NCBI GenBank assembly: GCA_900617105.1
Contig: UYFQ01000290.1
Coordinates: 1 to 64,000, forward strand
DNA length: 64,000 nt
Origin: Hydrurus foetidus
Taxonomy: Eukaryota
Reading direction: 5' to 3'
Within the stretch, counting starts at the first letter, position 1. Each line of letters starts with the position of its first letter. Shown here one piece after another: positions 10,313-19,726 of the stretch. The notes beneath the pieces were generated by a model. It worked only from the letters and a program-made list of their open reading frames with translations. It ran no database searches and had not been told where the DNA came from. The translations under genes were made by a program, and so were the position numbers.

Positions 10313-12102
10313 TGTATTTCATCGACGAAACTTCACCCATCAGATTATATACTGATGCATCTGATTATGGAATCGGTGGTGTATTATTCCAAGTCATTAA
10401 TGACGAATGGAAACCAATCGCTTTTATAAGCAAATCTCTATCTGCAACTCAGATTAATTGGTCAACAATACAAAAGGAGGCTTACGCTATCTTTTATTGT
10501 TGCCAACAATTGGATTATCTTATCCGAGATAGGAAATTCACTATTCATACTGATCATATGAATTTGACATATATGAAACAAAACCCTACTTCGATGGTAG
10601 CACGGTGGTTCATTGCAATGCAAGAACTAGATTTCACCGTTCATTTTGTTAAAGGATCTGATAACGAACTAGCCGATGCGCTGTCACGTTTATGTCCAAA
10701 TCTTACTGAGATTGCTCTACCATTGACAATTATCAGAGATGGTTGTTCATCATCATCTTCATCTTCTTCCACAAGTGTGGCGGCTTTAACGGTCATCGAA
10801 CCGGCCACAGATGAACAAATACTTCATATTCAAATGTGCCACAATGCAATTGTTGGTCACAACGGTGTCGACCGAACCCTCACTCGACTTTACAGTCTAA
10901 ACCAAGTGTGGAAAAATATGAAACAGCACGTACGTTCATACATACGAAACTGTCCTTGTTGTCAAAAACTAAGTGCGGTTGATGCGAAAATCAATGCAGC
11001 CCATTTTTCAACTTCTACTCACGCAATTTTCGATACGTTGAATATTGACTTTGTGGGTCCTTTTCCCGATAAGGGGTATATTCTCGTCATAATTGACACC
11101 TTCTCCAGATGGACAGAAATGTTCTGGTGTAAGGACGCTACTGCCGAATCTGCAGCGGAGAATTTATTAACACATTTTGGTCGATTCGGTTCGCCAAACA
11201 TGATAAGATCGGATCGTGGATCCCATTTCGCTAATGATCTCATAAAAGAGTTCTTAGATCTTACGGGGACGCCCCATAATCTCACTCTAGCTTACTCCTC
11301 TCAAGAGAATGCGATTGTTGAACGAGTCAATAAAGAGATAAATAGACATTTGAAAGGATTGGTGTTCGATACACCGTCCCTTGTCCATTATGCAAAATGC
11401 ATTCCGTTCGTACAACGAATTATAAATAGTTCAGTTAATAAACGTACGGGTGCAAGTCCAGCATCTATCCTATTTGCGGATAAACTTGATTTGAATCGAG
11501 GAATTTTAACACCTCATTTGTTACCAGTGGTATCATCATCAAATTCAACATATATTGCTGATTTAATCGCGATACAGGACAAAGTCCTCGATGCAGCAAT
11601 CGACTCACTTCAAAAATGTGATGAAAAACACAAAAAGTCGACATCCGGTTTGACAGTGTTTCCTATAGGGTCGTATGTCTTGGTAAAACAAGAACACCCT
11701 CCAACTCGACTACACACTAAATGGAAAGGCCCTTTCCGTGTTGTATCCTTTGATGGATCCGAGTATGTTCTCGCGAACTTAATTACACATAAACACAATA
11801 GTGTACATGTAACGAATCTTAAGATATTCAATTATGACCCTTCGATGGGCTTACCTGCTGATACAGCACGTCGCGATTACATGGAGTATTTCGTTGAGAA
11901 AGTTCTTAATCACTCAGGTGATAAGAAGAAACCGACTACGATGTCGTTCCATGTAAAATGGCTCAACTATGATGACTCACACAATACATGGGAGCCCTGG
12001 AAGAATCTCCGGCTCTGTGATGCACTCCATGTATACCTGAGGAACAATAACATGTCGCGTTTTGTTCCCAGGAATATTGAGGGATCAACCACCGAGGTTT
12101 GA
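10309..12102 (+). CDS. Gypsy RNase H, integrase and chromodomain (continuation of pol after the frameshift)
   Basis: TDASDYGIG RNase H; HNAIVGH...CPCC HHCC motif; DFVGP, SDRGSHF and ERVNK DDE core; KWKGPF; chromodomain YFVEKVL...FHVKWLNYDDSHNTWEPWKNL. Confidence 0.95.
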   Translation: MMYFIDETSPIRLYTDASDYGIGGVLFQVINDEWKPIAFISKSLSATQINWSTIQKEAYAIFYCCQQLDYLIRDRKFTIHTDHMNLTYMKQNPTSMVARWFIAMQELDFTVHFVKGSDNELADALSRLCPNLTEIALPLTIIRDGCSSSSSSSSTSVAALTVIEPATDEQILHIQMCHNAIVGHNGVDRTLTRLYSLNQVWKNMKQHVRSYIRNCPCCQKLSAVDAKINAAHFSTSTHAIFDTLNIDFVGPFPDKGYILVIIDTFSRWTEMFWCKDATAESAAENLLTHFGRFGSPNMIRSDRGSHFANDLIKEFLDLTGTPHNLTLAYSSQENAIVERVNKEINRHLKGLVFDTPSLVHYAKCIPFVQRIINSSVNKRTGASPASILFADKLDLNRGILTPHLLPVVSSSNSTYIADLIAIQDKVLDAAIDSLQKCDEKHKKSTSGLTVFPIGSYVLVKQEHPPTRLHTKWKGPFRVVSFDGSEYVLANLITHKHNSVHVTNLKIFNYDPSMGLPADTARRDYMEYFVEKVLNHSGDKKKPTTMSFHVKWLNYDDSHNTWEPWKNLRLCDALHVYLRNNNMSRFVPRNIEGSTTEV

Positions 12103-12433
12103 GCTCAAACGTAATATCTTTTGAAGATTTTTTGGCCTAATTTTTGCCCTCACGAGGGATTTTTATGGTTTTTTAGTCAGTAAAAATCTGACATAATTAC
12201 GTTTGACCCTCGTACAACAGAACGATTCTGTTTTGTACATGCTCCCTTATCCTTATCTTTCTCACAATTTCCGAAACCCCTTCAAAATTTCTTTTATATA
12301 TATTTTCGCATTTGAAGTTAATGTACATATTTTTGATTTTCGTTTTTTCGTTATCATTTATGTTAAATATTGTTATTTTCAAACATAGAAACGGGGGTTT
12401 CGCCATAGTTTAGTTTAGTTTAGATTTTTCTTT

Positions 12434-12458
12434 GAGAAAGAAGGATAAGTGGGGGTAG
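12434..12458 (+). other. Polypurine tract of gypsy copy B
   Basis: GAGAAAGAAGGATAAGTGGGGGTAG lies immediately before the 3' LTR. Confidence 0.85.
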
Positions 12459-12653
12459 TGTGGTAGTTCCGGGTCCAAGGTCCCGATCCTACCGGATAGT
12501 ACTACGGTACACTACCCACCGTACACTACAGTCTGTTGTATCGTCGTAGCCACTTACAGCCTCCACGTAGAAGTTAACCCTAGCTTCTAGCACCTGCTGT
12601 AACTAACTACCTCCTCTAGTCTTCCGCCTCTTCCTTTCCCATCCCGAGCCATA
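12459..12653 (+). repeat. 3' LTR of gypsy copy B
   Basis: Direct repeat of 6285-6479, followed by the TSD AGGG. Confidence 0.96.
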
Positions 12654-13963
12654 AGGGTTGCGACTTCCACTGGTGGGGTGGTGGTGAGGCACACACTACA
12701 GTGCCTGTCGCCATACTGATTCTCGTTAACCTCTTGGTCCCACATTTGGCCAAAAGCTGTATACCGATTGTCTTCGTCGTTGGTGTCATCTTCGTCGGTT
12801 TGTCTAATGACCGAGTATGAAGTTTTTGGTGCTGAATCGGCCTCATCCGCCGCCTTCTTTCTGCACTCACTAGCACGGTGACCGACTTTCTTGCAGTAGT
12901 AGCAAGTTCCACTGAACTTGCCTTCCTTTGCTTCCTTAGCAAATTTCACTTTCGGCTCCTTAATCTTGTCAGCATCGATCTTTTTGGCCTTGTCTTTGGC
13001 AGGTGATTTTTCTCCCTTTGGGGGACCACCCTGTTTGCCGGGATTCTTCGCCGCCAGTGCTGTGTGGGGAGTCGCTATCGCTGATTGCAATGCGCTACCC
13101 TTCGCCCCTCGATGGAATCGGGTTGCTCCATTGATGGCCTCCACCAAAGTCTTCGGATAGATGTCGATAGCGGTGCACTCGAGGGAGTTGCTGAGGTAGT
13201 TTTTGTAGTCGTGGTAGACCTGCACGGTGCTACTTAGACCGTCAATTAACCTCATGGCTTGTTGTTTTGCATCTGGAATTTGTGCTATTGGTACTCCTGT
13301 CGCAGCAAGTCGGTCGAAAAGCTTGACTGCGCGCCGTCCGTACGTTACGATCTCTTCGCCCGTACTCATAGTGAGTGTATACCAGTCCCGTAGGGCCTGG
13401 GACCGCTCCAATTCCTGATTTCCATCACATCTGGATGTGACTACTGACTTGATTACTGACAGCAGTTCGAGTGGATCATCGAATTTGACAGCGATGAATT
13501 TGGCATTCACTATCAAAATCGCATTTAGCGATGGTGAACACATCGATCGGATCAGTCGATATGCTGATCGTCGGTCCTCCATTTGCTTCTTTTTCATCTT
13601 TGTCACGACTGCTCTCTCACTATTCAAGTCTGCCATCATTAGCTTTGCTCGAAATCCCTTTGGGTCAGTAGTGTCGTCCAGAGCCTCGAGTTTTGCATAG
13701 TCGGGTTCTGCGAATTCGTAAACCTCATATGCAGGTTTTATTGACAGCATCATGGGGTCGGGACAGATTGACTCAAGGTCTTGAAAGTTGACTCGCATGT
13801 ACTCTTTCAGAATCTGCATGTTGTCGTCCCATTCTTTCCAGCCATTGTGGGCTATCTCAGGAAGATTCTCTGGCTTCACGCCATCTCCGATCGTGGATTT
13901 TTCAGACTTTCCACCCTTCTCGGATCTCGGTTGGGCAGCGCCCTTCTCGCCTCGCTGGCTCAT
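12587..13963 (-). CDS. Gag of the interrupted Ty1/copia element; the last ~22 codons are read from the antisense gypsy LTR
   Basis: CYYCKKVGHRASEC zinc knuckle. Removing gypsy B and one TSD copy joins ...EVATL|GPRTDF... in frame to the protease fragment at 5661-6284. Confidence 0.9.
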   Translation of the reverse strand: MSQRGEKGAAQPRSEKGGKSEKSTIGDGVKPENLPEIAHNGWKEWDDNMQILKEYMRVNFQDLESICPDPMMLSIKPAYEVYEFAEPDYAKLEALDDTTDPKGFRAKLMMADLNSERAVVTKMKKKQMEDRRSAYRLIRSMCSPSLNAILIVNAKFIAVKFDDPLELLSVIKSVVTSRCDGNQELERSQALRDWYTLTMSTGEEIVTYGRRAVKLFDRLAATGVPIAQIPDAKQQAMRLIDGLSSTVQVYHDYKNYLSNSLECTAIDIYPKTLVEAINGATRFHRGAKGSALQSAIATPHTALAAKNPGKQGGPPKGEKSPAKDKAKKIDADKIKEPKVKFAKEAKEGKFSGTCYYCKKVGHRASECRKKAADEADSAPKTSYSVIRQTDEDDTNDEDNRYTAFGQMWDQEVNENQYGDRHCSVCLTTTPPVEVATLMARDGKGRGGRLEEVVSYSRC

Positions 13964-14036
13964 TCTGAGCAGCTTGCGACTTCTAATTATCTTGGAATAA
14001 AACTGTCTTGTGGATCCTAAATCCAGTCAGAGCACC

Positions 14037-14423
14037 TGGTTGATAGCAGTGATTCGTTTAGAACACACTTTGCTTTCAGCTAGTCAACCAAAGTTGCTCC
14101 AACAGCTCACTCTAGTGTAGGTATAATGGCACACAGCCATATAGTCTCTTTTAATTAGAAGTGCTCAGGGTGTCAATACAAAGCAGTTCATGTCTAGCTA
14201 AACTAGCTACAGTTGACTGTTCACAGTCATCATCAGTTGCAACTTCCAGTACATCACATGAGTGATGGTTCTCGGGTCCAAAAGTGCTACCCTCGCTCCT
14301 CCGCTTGGGCTTGAATGATATTACCCCAAAGGGATTGTCCCCAAAGGGATTGTCCCCCTAGGGATAGCTATGCTATATCCAACACAGGGTACAAGATCCT
14401 AGTCTAATCCGGATATCACAACA
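14037..14423 (-). repeat. Putative 5' LTR of copia element 1 (inner boundary uncertain)
   Basis: TGTTG start, possible ...ATCAACCA end upstream of gag, and an internal 15-bp tandem CCCCAAAGGGATTGT. The partner LTR is not in the window. Confidence 0.45.
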
Positions 14424-14443
14424 GGGATGACGTGTGACGTGTG

Positions 14444-14783
14444 TGTTGGAGATATCCGAGTTTATGGCACGAACACAATCAGTGTACTTATGCATTCGTA
14501 CGGTCGTACGGATTATTATGTGTGTGTGTGTGTGTGTGCGTACGTGCGTGGCGACGATGGATGGATCCGTGCATCGCCACTGAATACTTCAACTGTAGTG
14601 TTTGACTGAATGTTGTTGTTGCGTTGAAAGGGACTCGGGGACTTCAGCAGGGATGAAGCACAGTCAATTAACAAGTGATTACTGATTAAACCCAAGCTTA
14701 TTTCACGAGCCCTGACCGAGAGATCTTCAACAGCTGTACCGCGAGAGGCAGTACGTGACTGCGAAACCGAAGATCCGTCAACA
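14444..14783 (+). repeat. 5' LTR of copia 2
   Basis: Direct repeat of 19727-20066; contains (TG)10. Confidence 0.96.
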
Positions 14784-14808
14784 TAATTGACTGGCATAGG
14801 CATTCTCA

Positions 14809-17800
14809 ATGCCCCCTAAACGCGCTGTAGAAGCTCTCAAGAGTACAGAAGAGTGTACGCTTCAATACGGCAAACACAGCAACATAATCAAGTGGAGAGA
14901 ACACATGCAGACGATAGTCACCGAACTATACGGAATCGTGGGGATGTTCTTCACCACTAACGAGAGATACGAACTTCCGAAAGCATCTCACAGGGATTAC
15001 CCTTCAGATTCGTCATCGGAAAGTTCGGAATACGACACCGAAGAAGAGGAATCGGACGAGACAGACGCTGCAGTTCCTGCGAGGAGTGCAGCTGAAGTCG
15101 CAGCTAAAGCTGCGAGGGCCGCAGTGCGGCTGGCGAGCAGAGAAAGGAAACGCAAAGCATCGGAGAAATCGCGTGCGAAATTCAAAGAGGATGCGTTCAT
15201 CCAGAGGAAGCGAGACCTCAAGACCCAACGCGAGAACGAACGTACGGTCTTCCCCATGATGTGGAAGCGTATGTCGCTTGTGTCACAGAGTAGGGTTAGG
15301 GAGGAAGAGGAGTACAAGACAGCATATCTCACATTGGACTGCGTTCTCCTGTGGACACTCATTCGAAGGACCCACCTGACTCATATGTTTGGTGCAGACG
15401 AGGCACTACAAGAATACAATCAGCACGAACAAGAGAATAAGTATTCGTCCATGAGACAAGGTGAGAGAGAACACCTAGTCACATTCAAGAACCGATTTGA
15501 TGAACAGGTGGAGGCGAACATGTCCGTGGGGATCGCAGCGGTGTCCGACTCCAAACGTGCACTCGACTTCCTCGGCAAGCTAGACCCCCGGAGGTTCAAA
15601 GTCATGATGGATGATATGAAGCATGACGCACTAAGGCGCAAACCGGATGCATTCCCCAGCACGCTAGCCTTAGCATTCCACATATCCAACCAATGGAACG
15701 AGGGAAACACTCCCGCACACACACCCGCGCCAGCACCGGCAGGGGTGAACGCAGCGTACGTTACCGAAGAAGTACACGTCACCGTGGCCAAGGATACCGA
15801 GAAGAAAGCAGGGAAAGCCGGAGGGGGAAGCAAGAAATCCTTGGAGGATGTTGAATGCTTCAAGTGCGAGAAGAAAGGTCACTACGCGAGGAACTGCCCT
15901 CTGAGAAAACCGTCAGTGGAAAAAGTCCACGTCACGGCGACGGAGTCGGATAGTGAATACGAAGGAGAGACTAGCGAATGGGGTATAGCGCTTGTCGCTA
16001 CAGAAGAGATGTGCTGCTTTACGAAATTCGATGTACTACTAGACAATGAGGCGTCACTGAACATATTCAGTAACCTGGAGCTACTAACCGACGTGAGAAA
16101 GTCAGACAAGACTGTGAGAGTGAGTGGCATCGAGCAGGGTAGCGGCGTGTCGGTTGATCGAGAGGGAAACTTCGGAGAATTCGGAACGGTCTATTACAGC
16201 GGAGCAGCATCGGCGAATATCCTGTCGTTCGCATCACAGGTGGACTCGGGAGCCGAGATCAGATACGATCACGTGAGCGATTGCTTCACCCTGCAGCCGA
16301 AGGGGAGCACGAGGACATATCGATTCGGGAGGAAGCGTGTCGTCGGTAGTGAGGGAAGATTTTACTCCTGTGATTGGAGAGAGGTTGATCACGATCGGGC
16401 ATTAGTCACAACTGTAACCAAGAACCTGAAGTCGTTCACGAAACGCGAAGTGGAGCAGGCGAGAAGAGCTAGGGAGATGCTGGCGAGAATGGGATTCCCG
16501 ACTGTAGAGCAAGCCATGTCGATCATCAACTGCGGGAGCAATTTCGATGTGACAGCAAGGGACTTTCAGATCGCCGACGCGATATGGGGGAAGGACATAG
16601 CCTCCCTGAAAGGAAAGACTACCAAGAGAGCTACTGCTATCGCCGACATAGCCATCAGCACAAAACTCGTACAAAGGGATCAGGTGTTGTCGATCGACAT
16701 TATGTATTTAGATAAATTAGCTATTCTAATCGGGGTGGCTACTCCACTGGGACTAACTATTGCATATAGTCTAAACGCAGCTGATCTGAAGAAGCCAGCT
16801 AGGACAGCTGGGCAGGTGAAGATTGGAATCAACCATTTCATCGGCGTCCTCGCGGCGCAGAATTTCAGGACATCCGTGATCATGAGCGACGGAGAGGGAG
16901 CAGTGATCAGCCTTGTCGACGAGCTTGGGAAACTTGGAGTGGAGGTGGACATCAGCGGAGCCGGTGGACACGTCGCTAGGATCGAAAGAAAGATCAGGAT
17001 TGTTAAAGAGAGAGTTCGCTGTCATGTAGCGTACCACCTTCCGTTCGTGTTGTCGACCGTGGGTATCGCGATGCTCGTACTGTACTGTATATCTAGGCTG
17101 AACTATGAACCCACCGGTTTACGGGAACAGGGCCCCAGTCCGCGAGAGGCATTTATAGGCAGGAAACCAGACGGTAAGAGGGATTTTCGCTGTTCTTTCG
17201 GGGACTATGCACAGTGTACTGTCACTAATACCGACTCAGGCATGGAGAGCAGAACAGAAGACTGTGTGGTGATGCTCCCACTAGGGAACCGCACCGGGTC
17301 GGTGCGAATGTTATCTCTCAAAACAGGCAGACTAGTCAACCGAGATCAGTTCCGCATACTGCCGATGCCGGAGTCAGTGATTAAGCGCCTTAACGAACTT
17401 GCGCTCGCTGATGGGAGAGCGAAAGGCAAGGGAGAGATATACGCTAAACCAACGTCATACGAGCAAGACAGCGGTGCAAAATCCGATCTCCCCGACACGA
17501 TCAACAGCACTGTGAATGAAGGAGTCGACCCAGCGATACTTCCTCTCGACATCCATGACGACACCGACCACATTGACACGACAGGTGAGGTACAGTACGA
17601 CAATGGGGGTGAACATGGACCGGGATGGCAACATGATGATGCAGCGGTGGACGATGTAGAACTGCATGGAGATATCGTTGAGTACCCACAGCCAGAACCA
17701 CAGGAGCAGCCATACGGCTCCGACTACGAGATGGATAGTTTAGTCGACGACATGAATCGCATGCGTGCTGGACCGAGAGACTATGATGAAAAGGCTACTG

Positions 17801-19659
17801 AGAATATCGACTCGAGCGGAGTACCCATTGACTACACAGCGGGCGACAGCATAGACCATGACCACAGAGGCCCCAAGAATGCACTAGACCGTGCGGAGAG
17901 ATTGCTAGCAGCACCGAGAATTGTGCTTGAACGGGGAGTAGATAGACACGAGCTGATGGACTTCTTCAGAGTGAAGAGTGGGACAGCACTGCTAACCCGC
18001 AGCTACGAAGGGGACGGTACGGAGTGGGGTGATTACGTGTTCAACATATCAGTCAACGAGGCGCTGCGCACAAGGGGTGACGCGGCGGTGAGCGTTATAC
18101 AGAAAGAGCTCCAGCAAATGATAGACAAGAAGGTGTGGGAACCAGTGTGCGTGAAGGGATTGTCGATGGAAGAGAAACATAGGATCATCAGGTCGAGTAT
18201 GTTCCTGAAAGAGAAGTTCCTAGCGAGCGGAGATTTTGAGAAACTAAAAGCGCGACTTGTCGCAGGAGGTAACCAACAAGATCGTGACCTATATGATGAC
18301 TTATCTGCACCCACAGTGGCCACCAGCTCGGTGTTCGCGCTACTGAGCATAGCGGGACATGAGACGCGGAGGATCACGGTGATCGATATCAGCGGAGCGT
18401 TTTTGAACGCGGACATGACAACCGGACTCGCGGTGCACATGCGATTGGATAGGAATATGACGAGCATTATGACACGGCTGTGTCCGCGGTACTCGCAGTT
18501 CGTGGACCATAAGGGGTGTGTCGTGGTGAGGCTTGACAAAGCCCTGTATGGGTGTGTGGAGTCGGCAGCCCTGTGGTACGAAAACCTGAGAGGAGGACTG
18601 TCGGACATGGGATATATACCAAACGCGCACGACATGTGTGTCTTCAACAAGAGCGACGAATATGGCGTGCAGTGTACCATTGCTGTGCACGTCGATGACC
18701 TCATGATCACGAGTGTCAATGGGGCGATGATTGAAGAGGTGGCGAACGGATTGATAAAGAGGTATGGCGATATCACCAGGAAGGATGGCCCTGTAGTGAA
18801 CTATCTAGGTATGGTATTCGACCTTTCAATCGTAGGTGTTGCCAGAGTGTCAATGACCGGGTATGTCGAGGACATGCTGAAGGAGAGCGGGACAATAGGG
18901 GGTGCAAGGACACCGGCCACAGAGGGGCTATTCGACACGAGGGATGATGCCGAACCAACAAGCGAAGAGGACCGAGTCAGGTTCCACCGCCTGGTGGCCA
19001 AGGGTCTGTACCTCGGGAAGCGTGCGAGGCCCGACTGTATGACCGCTTTGGCATTTCTCGCGACCCGAGTGACGAGATGCACAGCGGACGACCTGTTGAA
19101 GCTGGAGCGGCTGCTCAAGTACATCAATGCGACGAAGGACAGAGGGATAGTATTCGCACCGGGGAAGCAGGGGATCAGTGTTAGCGTGCTGATAGATGCA
19201 GCGTACGGAGTACATCCGGACGGCAAGTCCCATACCGGAAGCTGTGTGGTGGTAGGAGAGCTGGGCGCGGTGCACTCGAAGTCAGCGAAGCAGCAAATTG
19301 TGACCAAGTCGAGCACGGAGGCGGAGCTGGTTGCCCTTTCTGATTCAACTAACCAAGCATTACACATGAGACAATTTATCATAGGGCAAGGACATGCGTG
19401 CGGGCCGGTGACGGTGTACCAAGACAACATGTCTTGCATGGCTCTGATCGAGAGAGGGCGGTCAGCGGCGGAGCGCACGCGGCACATAGCGATCAAGTAC
19501 TTCTGGCTCAAGGAGCGGGTGGACCAAGGCGAGGCGAGAGTGCGGCACCTGGGGACTAAACACATGTATGCGAACCTACTGACCAAGCCGCTGCAGGGAG
19601 CACAGTTCAAGTCAGAGAGACAGGCCCTTACCGGATGGGACAAAGAGATAGTAGTTTAG
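14809..19659 (+). CDS. Copia gag-pol polyprotein, 1616 aa
   Basis: CFKCEKKGHYARNC knuckle; LLDNEAS protease; integrase core (SIDIMY, SDGEG, ERKIR); RT (KARLVAGG, DISGAFL, KALYG, HVDDL); RNase H (DAAY, SSTEAE, QDN, RTRHI, LLTKPL). Confidence 0.97.
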   Translation: MPPKRAVEALKSTEECTLQYGKHSNIIKWREHMQTIVTELYGIVGMFFTTNERYELPKASHRDYPSDSSSESSEYDTEEEESDETDAAVPARSAAEVAAKAARAAVRLASRERKRKASEKSRAKFKEDAFIQRKRDLKTQRENERTVFPMMWKRMSLVSQSRVREEEEYKTAYLTLDCVLLWTLIRRTHLTHMFGADEALQEYNQHEQENKYSSMRQGEREHLVTFKNRFDEQVEANMSVGIAAVSDSKRALDFLGKLDPRRFKVMMDDMKHDALRRKPDAFPSTLALAFHISNQWNEGNTPAHTPAPAPAGVNAAYVTEEVHVTVAKDTEKKAGKAGGGSKKSLEDVECFKCEKKGHYARNCPLRKPSVEKVHVTATESDSEYEGETSEWGIALVATEEMCCFTKFDVLLDNEASLNIFSNLELLTDVRKSDKTVRVSGIEQGSGVSVDREGNFGEFGTVYYSGAASANILSFASQVDSGAEIRYDHVSDCFTLQPKGSTRTYRFGRKRVVGSEGRFYSCDWREVDHDRALVTTVTKNLKSFTKREVEQARRAREMLARMGFPTVEQAMSIINCGSNFDVTARDFQIADAIWGKDIASLKGKTTKRATAIADIAISTKLVQRDQVLSIDIMYLDKLAILIGVATPLGLTIAYSLNAADLKKPARTAGQVKIGINHFIGVLAAQNFRTSVIMSDGEGAVISLVDELGKLGVEVDISGAGGHVARIERKIRIVKERVRCHVAYHLPFVLSTVGIAMLVLYCISRLNYEPTGLREQGPSPREAFIGRKPDGKRDFRCSFGDYAQCTVTNTDSGMESRTEDCVVMLPLGNRTGSVRMLSLKTGRLVNRDQFRILPMPESVIKRLNELALADGRAKGKGEIYAKPTSYEQDSGAKSDLPDTINSTVNEGVDPAILPLDIHDDTDHIDTTGEVQYDNGGEHGPGWQHDDAAVDDVELHGDIVEYPQPEPQEQPYGSDYEMDSLVDDMNRMRAGPRDYDEKATENIDSSGVPIDYTAGDSIDHDHRGPKNALDRAERLLAAPRIVLERGVDRHELMDFFRVKSGTALLTRSYEGDGTEWGDYVFNISVNEALRTRGDAAVSVIQKELQQMIDKKVWEPVCVKGLSMEEKHRIIRSSMFLKEKFLASGDFEKLKARLVAGGNQQDRDLYDDLSAPTVATSSVFALLSIAGHETRRITVIDISGAFLNADMTTGLAVHMRLDRNMTSIMTRLCPRYSQFVDHKGCVVVRLDKALYGCVESAALWYENLRGGLSDMGYIPNAHDMCVFNKSDEYGVQCTIAVHVDDLMITSVNGAMIEEVANGLIKRYGDITRKDGPVVNYLGMVFDLSIVGVARVSMTGYVEDMLKESGTIGGARTPATEGLFDTRDDAEPTSEEDRVRFHRLVAKGLYLGKRARPDCMTALAFLATRVTRCTADDLLKLERLLKYINATKDRGIVFAPGKQGISVSVLIDAAYGVHPDGKSHTGSCVVVGELGAVHSKSAKQQIVTKSSTEAELVALSDSTNQALHMRQFIIGQGHACGPVTVYQDNMSCMALIERGRSAAERTRHIAIKYFWLKERVDQGEARVRHLGTKHMYANLLTKPLQGAQFKSERQALTGWDKEIVV

Positions 19660-19726
19660 ACAACGTTTAATTAAAGACTTATGCATGATGCGTGAATAGA
19701 GTTGATTGTGATGCGGCATAGGGGTG

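Larger units (their letters stand above)
6285..12653 (+). mobile_element. Ty3/gypsy chromovirus LTR retrotransposon, copy B (both LTRs present, 4-bp TSD AGGG)
   Basis: LTRs at 6285-6479 and 12459-12653 differ at one position seen by eye. AGGG at 6281-6284 and 12654-12657. PPT precedes the 3' LTR. Integrase ends in a GPF motif and a chromodomain. Confidence 0.97.
5661..14423 (-). mobile_element. Ty1/copia element 1 (host of both gypsy insertions; remainder expected before the window start)
   Basis: Gag, protease and pre-integrase occur in copia order. A putative 5' LTR begins TGTTGTGATATCCG at 14423, resembling the TGTTGGAGATATCCG terminus of copia 2. Confidence 0.8.

Noticed and set aside
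1..12653. Inverted duplication as a fold-back assembly artefact
   Set aside because: The arms differ by a 372-bp deletion, SNPs and LTR variants; both begin exactly at LTR termini, and copy B has a TSD.
18033..19643. Long antisense ORFs (247 and 280 aa) in copia 2
   Set aside because: Shadow frames of the GC-rich pol ORF with no domain features.
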